Assembly: GCA_030704615.1 (NCBI GenBank)
Contig: CM060733.1
Span: 53,568,001-53,632,000 of the forward strand
From: Takakia lepidozioides
Lineage: Eukaryota > Plantae > Bryophyta
DNA: 64,000 nucleotides
Reading direction: 5' to 3'
Shown: piece by piece, positions 12,048-24,627 of the stretch
How the letters are laid out: every line of letters starts with the position of its first letter
Position numbering within the stretch: position 1 is the stretch's first letter
Translations under genes and position numbers: made by a program
Notes under the pieces: model-generated
Seen by the model: only the letters and a program-made list of their open reading frames with translations
Told to the model about the DNA's origin: nothing
Database searches by the model: none

Positions 12048-12180
12048 CCATAGCATCCCACAGGTGGTCTCTTCATCAGATGATCATAGGGAGGCTCGGT
12101 CGCCCATGCCAGCGCACCGAGTGTGTCCATTATCAGATTCACCCAAAGCAGCTCGACAGCAGTGAGTGGTGCCTCCCCTG
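12048..12180 (-). pseudogene. P2B-type Ca2+-ATPase (ACA) exon fragment
   Basis: Minus strand translates as GEAPLTAVELLWVNLIMDTLGALAWATEPPYDHLMKRPPVG, the TM6 region of autoinhibited Ca2+-ATPases, preceded by an AG acceptor. Confidence 0.85.
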
Positions 12181-12399
12181 TATTGCAAGCAACATAAGAT
12201 ACTTAGCTCCTGGCATGATGAGAGCTGAGTACTTACATGTAACTTGTGCTCCCTACCAATGCCCAATCCAACCTGTTGACAGGGACATCCCTCCAAGCCT
12301 CAAGGTATTACAAAAAGCAGAGAGACACTTGTGGGGCAAACAATGGTAATGTCAGAAAATCTCCATTTCCCACTGCCTCCCAAGATGGGCAGAGTGAAC

Positions 12400-13530
12400 G
12401 TGCAGGGATTTAGGGTCAAGATTTTCAAAGTTGGTGAACAGAGGTGCAAGAACTATGTTCTGGATGTTCCTAAATAGGGTACCTTTTGATTATGAGATCA
12501 GGTGTCACAGACTGGAAACAAGTTTAGGGTTGCTAATTTATGTATAGCTTCATTTTTGGAGGACAGTTTTTGGGCATCAGAGATGGCCATTGCGAGGATC
12601 AGTAATGCTTGCCAGCTTAACTGCATGAAGTTGCGACTCTTAGACATCGGGCAATTACAATTTCCTTTGCTCTTTGCATTTGTGTACTGTTCAAATGTAA
12701 ATTTAGTTTACATTTCACTCCAGTCATGCGGAGGGTAGGTAGGCCATTGAGATCATCTCTCCCTTCCCTCCTCGCTACTATCTCTCTGTGTGGGGTGGGG
12801 ACAGAGAGTGCAGCAAGGGGGGAAGGGAGAGAGGGCATGAAACCCCATGTAGGGCACTCTTTCTCCTTCTGCTGCTCTGTCCCTCACAGACCCCCCTGTT
12901 GCTTGGTTAAACCTAAAAAAAAATAAACAGAGGGGAGAGCAGGTCGAGAAAGGCTCACTCCAGTAGTGACTTACCTTGGTATAAACATGTGGAAAGCCCT
13001 TCATACTGGCATCAAGCTCTGTGTGTGAGCAGCCCCAAAGGTACATCCCAATAGGGCCAGGGATTTAGGCTCGGCCTCGAGATTTTCAACGTTGGTAAAG
13101 AGGTCATATGCAGGAACCATGTTCTTGATGTTCCTGAAGAGGATCTAATTCAGATCCTTACTCTTGTCACAGACTGTAAAACAATATTAAGGTAGTTCTA
13201 TGGCTACATTTTCAGACGATAGTGTTTGGGCACTAGACATGGTTTTGGACACAACCCCCTCCAGTCAATTCCTATTGCGAGGATCAGATATGCTTGACAA
13301 TTTATCTGCATCTGTTTATTGTTAAAAGGTAGGCTCACCACCACGAGTTTAAGTGTCAGTTTACTGCCAAGGATACGCAGGCCCTTTAGATCATCCCTCA
13401 TGTCCTTGCTCATGTCACAGACTAGAAACAAGTTTAGGGTAGTTTTTATGTCTAACTTCATTTTCAAAAGACACTCTTTGGGCATCAGACATGGCTGCTC
13501 TGACCATGACATGCTTCTGCCATGGAGGTA
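12400..13530 (-). repeat. Scrambled, degenerate repeats derived from the 3' part of the LINE family at 9875-11237
   Basis: Repeated tgtcacagact(g/a)gaaacaagtttagg blocks; ORF 13204-13539 (TTLNLFLVCDMSKDMRDDLKGLRILGSKL) resembles the end of the LINE ORF; reverse-complement homology to 45350-46560. Confidence 0.75.
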
Positions 13531-13799
13531 GTAATACATTCAATTTGGATCTATGATTACAATCCTTATGAAGCCAAATTATTTCCCAAAAAGTGCAGTA
13601 GAGTAGTATCTCCAGGTGAGACCTCTCCACTTCCTTATGTATGCCTCCAATGACATTTGGGGAGGGGAAACAATCGAAATGTTCAAGTCTTTCAAAGTCT
13701 GATCCAACACAATGACGACGCTCTTTTCGAGCTGCAAATTGTATATTTGTCAGTATTGCAAATAAGATACCCTTCACATAATTGAAGAAAAGAAAACGG

Positions 13800-14410
13800 C
13801 TTATTTGAATACACACCTGACTCCAAAATGTAGCCTTGTGGAGCCAGTTATCAAACACCAAATCACTGATTCTTTCCACTTTTGTGCCAGGCTGTATGGT
13901 GCTATTTGGGAACTGATTCAAGTCATTTACTGTCTGATCCGAGTTCCATATCTCCAGCCACCTTATTTTTGTTTGTGGGTCGACCATGGATATGGTCAGC
14001 CGGTGCAATTTCTCCTGCTGCATCTCCGGATGCTTTCTTCATAGAAATGTGATGGGTAACTGCTGGTTTCCTCTTCAATTGGTGTTGCTGACACTACACC
14101 ACAGCAGATACCTCTTAAACAACTTAGGCCTTCCAGCCGCATCTTTGCAACCTGCTCCCACTCTGGGTGTGCAGCGAACAGGGTAGCTTCCTGCTCCTCA
14201 TCCAGTCCTCCCCTCCAGTCATACTCTCTGACCCCTCGAGGTCTTCTTGTAGCAGGTAATCTACTAGATTTCTCTGTGGTAATTTGTATCTCGTGCATCC
14301 CATTATGCACAGTTAGTAACTGAGAATTCCAGTCATGGAATACCCTGGCCTGTTTCAGCCACGGACGTCCCAATAATAAGGAGTAAGCCTCCATGACTTC
14401 ATCCAATGAG
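13800..14410 (-). mobile_element. Ty3/gypsy pol fragment (protease C-terminal region)
   Basis: ORF 13996-14406 contains AYSLLLGRPWLKQARVFHDW, typical of the end of a gypsy retropepsin. Confidence 0.65.
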
Positions 14411-16800
14411 ATTTGATCTGCTGAAGGAACTCAGAACCAAGTCCAGGATGTACTATTCTAAGCTGTTTTCCGAAGGCGGACATCAATTTGGTTCTTTGCA
14501 TTTCAAACTCCTTTTTTATTGCTGCTTCCACACCCTTTGATGTCCTTAGTTCCTCTGGTGTAGTGCGGTAATATTCGGATTTTCCCTTCTCAACTGCCTC
14601 TGCCAGTTCTTGCTGCATTGATTCAAATAGTGATTAGCACCGAAGGAACTACAAACATGTATTCGAAAAGTAAACTGAGTACAGACTCGGGCTTACCGCA
14701 TACATGTACTCCAGAAACGCCTCTCGAGTCAAAGAATACCAAGTGCCTGCAGCTCTTCCTGTTTCGCACTTCTTGATTATATTGGGGGGGAGTACTGTCC
14801 GAAAATCATCTAGCTTCATCAGACCAATCCTCTGAATTTGGAATAGTGTGTGGACCAAGCTTGTTGTCACATGCGATTTATCTGTCGATCTGCAAAAACA
14901 TTGGAAACATTGCATTCCTTAACACTGTTTTTTTGGGATTAACAAGACACTACAGAGGGAACGAAGTCTCTAGGATGACTTACTTGTTCACGTCATGCAT
15001 AGCTGAGAGAAGCCTAGCGATGTCGTTTCCAGGATCCAAAACCATTGCCTCCACAACAACATGCTTGTCTTTGTCTTTCGCATGATGTTTCTGAATGTAT
15101 CCCATCCATGCCAGCAATCGGTGGTTGCCGTCCCAGACGTAGAACATGTGGTTGCAGAATTGCTGGGTGTTCTTTCCCATCATGAGGCCCAGCTCGAACT
15201 CCTCATTAGCATCTTTCCAGCACACATCCCATGTATCACTGATATTTAGAGACACTAATGTGCTTTTCCCATTTATATCCGTCAGTGACACATAAAAAAC
15301 TTGTGCACCAAGTCTGTATCCATGCACGAAATCACTCTCCAATTTTGTTATGTCATGGGAAAGAGGTGGACGCACAACAGACATAGATATCATCCAGCAT
15401 AGAGGGATGTCCAAACGCCCTCCAGATACGAGCATGTCCCTTATAACCTCCTGAGAGTTTACCTTCTGGAATGACATGAGTTCTTTCACCTTGTCAAGGT
15501 AGTGCACTTCAGATTCATCTGCTTCATCGTTATTCTCTGAGCTTTTTCCAGACTCGTCCCCATCTCCAGATCCTTTCCCCTCTAATCCTGTAGGCTTGGA
15601 CCTCACAGTTTTCTGCACGATGCCATTCAAATCTGATTGAGTAATGTGCAAATAGTGAACAGCGGTAACGACCATCACTCTATCTCGTCTCAACTCACAA
15701 AGAATGGTATGAAACAAATTCAGAACCATCTACACAAGCAAAGCTGATCCCGCCGAATTCAAAACAAAACACTATGATTCTAGGGACACAGGAACAGAAA
15801 GGTTTTGAGCAAGAGCGAACGACGTTAACGACAATCACAAAAGAGTGGAACCTGCGAGATCGGTGTTGTGCAATGACATATATGTGTAAGTGATTGGCGG
15901 CAACGACATTCAGTATAGTTTAGGTCGGACAGTAAATGCAGATTATTCAGATTGACTCCATTGTGATGAACGTCACAAGCATTCAATGTTTCTTGTCTAT
16001 CTCGAGAGTACTTTCCAATCGATACTCTACCTGAATCTACAGTATGGTCTTCAAATCTTTGATTGGCGGTACCGCCTTTCCACTTCTCTATCTGTTCAAC
16101 CTCAAACAAAGAAAATGCATTGCAAAACAATATGACTGAATATGCCGACCCTCACTCTCTCTTCAAACACATAGGTACATAAATCTCATGAGGAGAGTCG
16201 AATGGCGTTAACGACGCTCGCAATTCAGTAGACTTCAATCACATGTTCCTGCTAAAGAAGGGAAGAGGAAGGACTGCTTGAAAGGCAATCAGACAGACTG
16301 TATGATCTGAACAACAGTGAATGACGGTACCGTCAGTCACCCACTCATTGTGCGGTAAACCCTTAACAGAGGAGTAGAAAGCAAATCACTGTTGTTTCAT
16401 GGTGATGGTCGGTAGCGACAATCCCTTTCTGGGACATTCCACTCAATCTCTACGCAGATCTTCAACAATGAAATGTAAGTTAGAGAAAACTTACTGGCGC
16501 CTTCGTAGGTTTTGAAATTGGATCCCCTTCTGCAGCTTTCCTCTTCCCTCTCATATCTGCTGGAATTTCTGTCTGCTCTAGGGTTTCTGGACCTTCTCCC
16601 GATTCAGCGTTCCTCGTACTTCCACCTCCTTCAGTTTCCCTGCGAGTCATCTCTGCATCCACAGGCTGGTTTCCAACGCGCACTGTTATCGCCGACTGTG
16701 TCACAGCCGCTGCCTCAGTCTCGGTCTGCTCTTGTGAATCAGTCTCCGCGTTCACCTGCTGCCTTGGCCCTGTGTTCTCCAACAAAACGACGCCTCGTCA
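14410..16800 (-). pseudogene. Spliced gene encoding a ParB/Sulfiredoxin-like domain protein, 3'-truncated by the gypsy fragment; probable transposon accessory gene
   Basis: ORF 14980-15729 contains VRPPLSHDITKLESDFVHGY...FYVWDGNHRLLAW (ParB/Srx-type DGxHR motif). Further exon-like segments at ~14690-14890 and ~14410-14620; acidic low-complexity upstream exon at 16480-16790. Confidence 0.6.
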
Positions 16801-17479
16801 TTTACTCTCTTGCTCTGCGTCTCTCTCTAAGGGAGATAAAATAAAGTTTCTTCTCTTTCGTATTGTGGAACCCTCTCCAGTTTGACTACCACTCTCCCTC
16901 TAAGCGCAAAAAGTAGAAAAACGAAGTGACTCCCGATTTCTTGCGGGATTGCGTGCATTGTTGCTTGTCTCTAGAAGCATCGGATTCCCTCTCGCGTGAC
17001 CGTTACACATAGTCGTTCCCTTATTAGTGCACATGCTAGCAATTAGTGTACAACTGTTCGTATTCAGTTATCGATGTCTGATGTGTGTCGCCCAAAATAA
17101 ACAACGTGTTCTTTATTAGAACGGTTTCAATATTTAAAAATAACAGCGAATCCCAGAAATTTTGGCGCCCAGTCTTAGACAAATATATGTAAATGAACGA
17201 AAGTTTGATGACAAATTTTGGGATATCATACACGCTCATCATTGTTAGCCAACCCCACGTTCGTTTCACATTTTGAACTTTCTAGGTGCGCATGATCATT
17301 GGTAGTAGTATAAAGATACATTTACTTAATCTGCAATCCCACCCTCAGATCCTGTGGCATGCTTCCAGGAAGTCAGCTTGTTATTGTGTTTATTGATGAG
17401 GTTCTGATTAACGGTTTAACAGCTGCTGACATTGCTCCTAGGGATACTCTGACCACTGGGCCCACAAGAAAAGTAATTA

Positions 17480-19880
17480 AAATGGACGGCTGCATATCTG
17501 GAAGGAATAACAAAATATGCACAGTCGTCGTCTGAGCTTCCTCCGTCATATTCTCTGCTCATTCTTCAACTGTGTGCTGGAGACATGAGTAAACCGATTT
17601 ACACTGAAGGTCTGCGATAGCAAGGTATCAACGTACGCGAGGAAGGAAGATGGCTTCCTCTGAAGCAGAGTTCTTCTCTGACGACAAACCAGTGCCGTTC
17701 TCCCAGGAAGTCCTTGACAATGGATTTGCAATTGTTGTGGAGCATGTCTTGGCTACCCGTTTTCAGCTTTAGAATGGCTCCATCTTTTTGGAGAAAGAGT
17801 TGTACGATTCGAAAGGGAAGTTGTTGAAATACTCTTTCCAAAACCGTGATGAGACGGCTCATGTCAGCCAGTGGAGAGTGCGCCCTGGTCGATACAGAGT
17901 ACTTGGAGAGCCTCGGCGAAAGTCCCTTGGGTCATATGTGACGCCCGGGACTGCTGCTTCGGTCGTTGAAGACAAGAGAGAGGTGGTGGTGAAAAAAGAA
18001 CAGACGTCCTCCACTCCAATCGTTGAGCTTTCGGATTTGTCCGATGATGACATAAGTGAAATTCCAAATCCAGTCCTTCCTACTGTGGTTGGAGAAGTTG
18101 ATGAAGAAGAGATTTGTAGTGTCATTCCAAAACTACGGGCGATGGGAGGAATGGCTGGATTCAAAAGTGAGTTGCGAGGAATTGATTGGGAATCTTTGAA
18201 GCAGGTGCTTGTGAAGTTCTTGTCAGAGACTTTTGATGGCGATATCCTATTCGAGCTGCCTCCTCCTCCGCGAGTTGGAGGTGTAACAATCATGATGCAT
18301 GGAATGGACAAGAAACACGACGGGCACCCGTGGTGCAGAACAAAAACATCAAATATTCAGAATGATAACAAGCTTGTTTTAAGGAGAACAATTTGCAATG
18401 GACACCTTAGGTGTGATAATTTGAATTGCAGACACTTTCTTCAGTCTGGGGTTCATAATCAAAGCGAATAGGAGGGTCTGGCGGAAAATCCATTTCAGCC
18501 TGGGACTGCCCCACCACCGGCAAACACTTTCGCCTGCAAATTCTGCAACTTGTGCCATCCTGCTTGGCGCTCTGCGGAGCAAGAATGTACTATGTTGTCC
18601 ACCGTTTGAAAACAATGACAAGAGTTTGTGTGCATTTCGGATTCCATAACCATCATGTCTCGAAGGGGGATTACAGGGAGAGTGTTGAGACAGTATCGAG
18701 GTTGATTAAACAGGAGTTCGGGAGAAACCCATCCGCAACAACATCTGCAATTGCTCTTGGCGCAAGTAAGTCCTTCTTGGAAAACCATATTTCGAGTGAA
18801 GGGGATTATGTGGGGACTAAACTCGACGGTGCAGCATTGGACCTGGTCATGGATCATTTCTCCACTTTGAGTTCATCTAACATTCGGCATCAGATCAATG
18901 CATTAAGAATGGGCTCTGGTATCAGAGGCTACATAGACAACATTTTGGAGTTGAAACGAGTGAGCAAGTACGATTACATCCAGGACAATGTATTCCCAGG
19001 TCAAGGTGCCATCAAAGTTTTTCTTTTCAAAATGTCGACTGTTGGGGAGGGCAGTGGGATTAGCCTCGTGAAGCTGATGCAGAAGACTGGGGATTTGCAG
19101 AACTATTTTCTTACGTTTGATCATGTGAAACGAGTGAAGGATTGGACGACAATGGCTTGTCATGTCTACGATCCAGTGTACCAACGAGTTATGACAATTG
19201 CAGTTTGTGACATGCAATCCGAGGATACGGAATCCCAGAAGCTCATGTGGAATTCCCTGATACGTGTCATGGGCTGCCATCTCCAAATTTCGCAGGTTTC
19301 ATGGCGGATAGTGCTCAAGCAAATTTCAATGCTGTTCGTATTGTCTTCGGATCGGGCGACCCAAAAGTGCCAATGCGAGGAAGAAAGCGTACATGTCTAT
19401 TCCATTGGACACAATCTCTGGAAAAACATACAAAGTCGGACATCAAACCAGAGATGCAGACTCAGCACCGTAAATTGTGCGAAGAGTACAAAGATGCTAG
19501 AACAATGAAGGAGACGGACACTTTGTTCCAGACAATTCGTGCCTGGTGGTTCTCTTCTGGAGCTGCATCACTTGAGAGTATGAGAGCATTGGAAGATTGG
19601 CTGGCGTTTTGGCACTTCCGGTATAGACAGTGGGGAGCAGCCATGGCAGTGGTACGAGGCTTATATTTCTTGCTTTATTCATACATTTACTTTCCATTTT
19701 ATTGTCTCCTCGCTTTCTTTATGTTGTTTCCTGTTCACTGTTTTGAAGTGTGGTTCTCCACTTTGCAGAACATGTCCATTGAGGAAATGGCGGACATGCC
19801 ATCTTGCAATTTGGCAGAAACTATGCACAACGCATGGTTGCAGCAGTCTGGGAAACGAGGTCGGGATTTGTATGTGACTA
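17480..19880 (+). mobile_element. Mutator-like (MULE) transposase pseudogene with an N-terminal GCM-like Cys/His domain
   Basis: GHPWCRTKTSN...CNGHLRCDNLNC...CKFC...CGARMYY...GFHNH (GCM-like), followed by a DDE core FDHVKRVKDWTTMACHVYD...AVCDMQSED...FMADSAQANFNAV...RTCLFHWTQSL (CxxH) and SCNLAETMHNAW. Stops and frameshifts present; 3' end truncated. Confidence 0.75.
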
Positions 19881-20775
19881 CGTACTTCACTAGCCGTTTG
19901 CTTGGGTTGCTAAGGAGATGCAGCACAAGTGGGTGGCAAAGAGATAAAGACGGAGTTTGGGTCAAGGTCTTATAGATGGCGGTGCTCTTACAGCTCCTAG
20001 ATTTATAGACATTGGTTTCATTTTTGAACAATGGTTCCTTGCTAGGCTGATTTTTTAAGTGAACCAATTGGGTCACTAGCTGCCCATTGCGGCTATATTG
20101 GGAGGTTCCCCCGATTGTTTTTTACTTATGGCGGTGTCGAGGTTATTTTTTCCTCATACCACTCTTTAATATATCCATAGGGATGAACCTTATATTTATG
20201 TGCATATCTACTACATCCGCATCATGTGAAAAATGCAAGCAATTTGACCATGCCTTTAGGAAATTATAATAAATAATCTGTCCCAATATTTCGATGCATT
20301 CCAAAATTTAATGTAAAAATTGTTTTGACCACAAATTCAAGTATCAAGTTGAATTTTCCCAGATTCAAGCCCTCCACAATCTGGATATATGGCACATACG
20401 GGATTGTCTTCCCCAAAATCAGACCAAAATTCCAATTATTGAGATAGATTGCTATGTACATGTGAAATCTGGAGGATAAATTGTCAGACCTTCCTATACG
20501 CCCATGAGATAATATTTGCTAATTTCTAATTCCTCCGGTAAGTATAATAACATTGTGTAGTCAAGAAATTGGGGCATGATAAATTTTGAGCCCTAGATGT
20601 TATTTACAGGATTGCCGATTGGGCCTGCCACGTGGGCACGCCAACGGTGCTTTTCCACCCCCCCAACCTTTGGAAAATTATAGGTTGCATGACATACCAG
20701 CCGGGCATGCCCTTACCTATACCCTTGTACACACCCCCGCCGACTGGCACATACTAGTACAACACGACATGTAAA

Positions 20776-21562
20776 AATGTTGGCCGGGTATGGCATCTCG
20801 ACATGCATATTCGGCGGTTATTTGCCGGTTATGCATATAACCAGAAAGTGCAGCCCTGCAAGAACCGGCCATATTGGAAGGGAGCCGGCAAAAGCCATCG
20901 AGCTTCCTAACCGGCTAGAGAACCGGCATCGTGAATGTAAGGGTGTTATATCTGGAGCAAATGTGGATGGCGTAGAGGCGGTTCTAGATAATACAATGTG
21001 TAGGGATTGGTGATGGTAGTTAAGAACATTACAAATGGACATATATGTTATGTTTTACTAGTAACTACAATGGTTGGGAAGATTAGGTGCACAACATTGA
21101 GAATGTCCAATAGATAGGAAATTAACTAGTTGGGCTGTGGCTAAAACAATAGTTGTAAGTTGTAAGCTTAGTGTATCACAGGGGCGGAGCCCCCAGCCTG
21201 AGATACATGACACGCCAATACATGTTTGAACCCCAAATCTACAAGCCAATACATGAGTGGCTTACCACCAGGCCACAGCCCTCTTGTGTAGTTTTACACA
21301 CACACACAAAAATGCTAGAAAAAGTAAAATAATTAAGAATTGATGAATCCCATAACCTATACCATGGAACCGGCCTTTTTTTTTTGGCATAACCGGTAGA
21401 TTGAGAACCGGACAAAAAAAAGTCATGTGTTTAATGAGAAAATGTAACCGAGATGTTTTTCAAACCTATTGATATACCCTGTTCCGGCCATCCTTTTTTT
21501 TCAAAGAGTAGGCCATAACCGGACCAGAAGAGGGCTCAAAACATGGTACCCGGCCAACACTG
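20776..21562. mobile_element. Possible non-autonomous DNA transposon (hAT-like MITE)
   Basis: Inverted copies of TGTTGGCCGGGTA at ~20778-20790 and ~21547-21559, with many internal aaccgg/ccggc motifs. No convincing TSD. Confidence 0.4.
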
Positions 21563-24500
21563 GTATATACGTATACACCCTTTTCTGCTCGTGTTGTGCT
21601 CACAAGATACCAACCCCCATCCAAGAGGGCCATGAGTTTGCGCCCATCAACTTGTAAAGAGTGCAAGGTGACGGTAGGTAGTGCATTTTCTTTAACATGG
21701 GAAGGGGAAAGATTAGAAGCAAATATTGGGCATGACGTTATGATCACGGCGACGGCGACCATTCCTGGACCCTCATGGAGACTTTTTTGGGAGTTCGTAG
21801 TCGGCACCCTAATCAAACTGTAGCCATCATCCTCACTTTACACTGCATCATGGTGCTGGTGCCTCCACAACCACTAACACCGGGCCCAGTGCATCATCAC
21901 CAAGGTCTCTTGCCCCCTTCATATGAGAAGGAAAGAGACAATTCAAAGATATTGCTGTTGAATAGTTTACATTGGGAACCACATACCCTACCAAGATCCA
22001 CGGCATGAGAAGGGTGAGCTTGCCATGAACGTCACCATACTGCATGCAAACTGAAAAGTATGGAAGGGTAGGGTCAGGGAATTTGCTGACAAGGGTTCAG
22101 TGCACATGGAATGAGATGGCTGCTGCTTCTCAGGGATCTCCTTTTCTGCCACCATTCCCATGAACTGGTCCTCGGTGATCCTTGTTGTAGGCACTGCTGC
22201 TGCCCACAGTGTTGCGTTTTCCACCAATATTTGGTAACTTACGAAAGCTGGCGTTTAGAGTACTGTATGAAAGAAATGACAGAGAATAACATCTCAAAAC
22301 ACATGTATGCAGTCATGCAACTATTGAGCCCAATGCGACAAATGTCAGGGGCTCTGATTGTGGGACCCTGGGACCACCTGTGTGCCTGAGTGCATCTCCC
22401 TCGTGTGCAGCCGTCATCATCATTCTCCTCTCCAATTCAAGAGAACGCACGCGGTTGATAAGGAATCAGGGTGCTCCTCGCTCACTTACGAGGTATTATC
22501 CTGTCGCTCAAGGACTTGTTGGCATCTAAGTTTCAAACTGTCCTTCCCTGCTCTGACATGCTCCGACCTTCCTTCCATGCACACAGCCTTCTGGAAAGTC
22601 AGCTGATTCTGTATCCTCTACAACCACCCACCTCTTCCCGATTTGCCTTGAGGGCCTCAAACGGTCATCATGTCAGAGTCAGTTTTGAGCTGTCATGAGA
22701 TCCAGCTTCAAACAGACGGCATGGGAACAGAGTGGTCGGTTCTGTGTTCAACGCCTCCGTTGGAGGTTCCAGTGAGTTGTCCTCTTTGGTGTCCCCTCCC
22801 AGCCCACCAGTGAAGGTGGCACTCGTTTTACTCAAACTCGGGTAGGTATACTTGTAAGGTCTGATGGGGGTTCGCTCCACATTCTCCTGACCCAGTTGAC
22901 AGGCCCGTGGCCGACGCTCTTCACATGCAGGACGGCACCTCTCACATGGCAGGTTCTTGGTTGCAGAATGGAAAGCTCACAAGCCTCCCACTTTTGTCCA
23001 TTGTTAGCTCATTTCAACAACTTGGCAGCAATAAATTTTGAGAACGGATGTGGGGCCACGAGAAATTCATGCACCAAGTGTAGGGCCACCGATAGATTGT
23101 AGTCGGTAAAATTAGGCGGTGGTGGCTGGTGGACCATTAACATCGTTCTTATTATTGCTAGCTTTTTGGTCACTCGAGAATGATGCAAGGAGGCCAAAGT
23201 TAAAGGCAATCCTGCATGTGGCAACGGACTAATTAGGTGAGTGGTTCACGTCATCTTTCGCCTCCTGAGCTTTATACACAGCCTGAGCAGGTTCAAGTCA
23301 ACTTGCAGATCTCCAAGCTATAATAGAGGAGTGTCCAGAATATATTATATAGAGACCAACAGTTTTGGGGGCAATCATGTAACTTGTACTCTACCAAAGG
23401 TCAAGAGTCATTCGCCCTCTAAAGATAACGGAATCGTTTGAATTGAGGGTTCACACAACAACGATCACATTAATCTAGCTGAGTTTAGTAGGCTTAAGTA
23501 GAACTGACATGTCTCTCAGAGCTCGTGGGATTTTTGAGCATAAAGAGCAGTACTTGCAAAATACAGCGCAACCCACCACGCAAATGTGGTAGCAAGGATT
23601 CAATCACTTCTGCAGCACTTACTCTGTCCAACTGGGTACTCATCGATCCACGGGTTTTCATTCCTTTTTCTTCTTCTTTCATTTTCAACCCCTAGACTGG
23701 TGCCTACGTGCCTACCTCGTGTGTAACTAACTGTTCTGTTTACAAGTCCCCTTTGGAATGCATGTGAACACACTATCCTACAGTGTAACTTCCACAAGTG
23801 GATTGTTTGAATTCCCAACTTGGAAAGAGTAGGTACGTTACTGACGAGTGCAGCAATCACGAGTGAACTTCGGTAAGTGCGCGGCAACTTAATGTTCAAA
23901 TGGCTGCGCTATGATTTCTATGAGTGATCAGCTTCTGCATTTTGAGAGCTCATGCAACTTCGGTGAGTCTCGATCTAGAGTGACACGCCGACTGGCGGTC
24001 TGGACAGCAGGAGACATTTGCGCTCTAGATACCTGGTTCCATGCATGAGGCGCAGCTGAGAGAGACAGATAAAGATTCGGCGTGAGAGAAAGTCACGTGG
24101 AGCGGAAGCGATCGTGTGAGAACGAGCTTCACAAAGCTGTAGAGGTGGTTCAACTTTGAAGGCGTAATTGTTTCTTCTTTCCAGTGGTGAGACATCCGGA
24201 AGTCGGGAGAAGAGAAAGAGAGACAGAGCCTTGAGATCGTGAGATCGTATGCATATGTTTTCATTGAGTGAGGCTTTTGAATGCTGAGAAGGTTCCGAGG
24301 CTCGGACATCCATCAATTTTGAAATCTTCAGAATTGATTCTTCAGCCTGGACCGGTATAAATCGCAAAGTCTGACAATTGGAAGGGGCGCACAGGTCTAT
24401 GACTTGCACTAACGTATGTAAAGGGAAAGAAAGCAATCCAGAAAGGGAGACAGGAAGATCGTGCGCGTGGGCTCTTCCAACTAGGGGAAGCTCAGAACCG

Positions 24501-24627
24501 TCTTGGAACGAAAGACAACATTGAGCAGAAGATCTCGTCGAGCATATGTGTACAATTAGTAGAGGAATCTGGAAAACCGTCGACCGGCATATGTTCGAAA
24601 TTAATAGAGCAGAGTAGGAGTAGGAAG

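Noticed and set aside
21900-23230. Possible gag-like or other coding remnant on the minus strand
   Set aside because: Composition looks coding, but I could not identify any motif.
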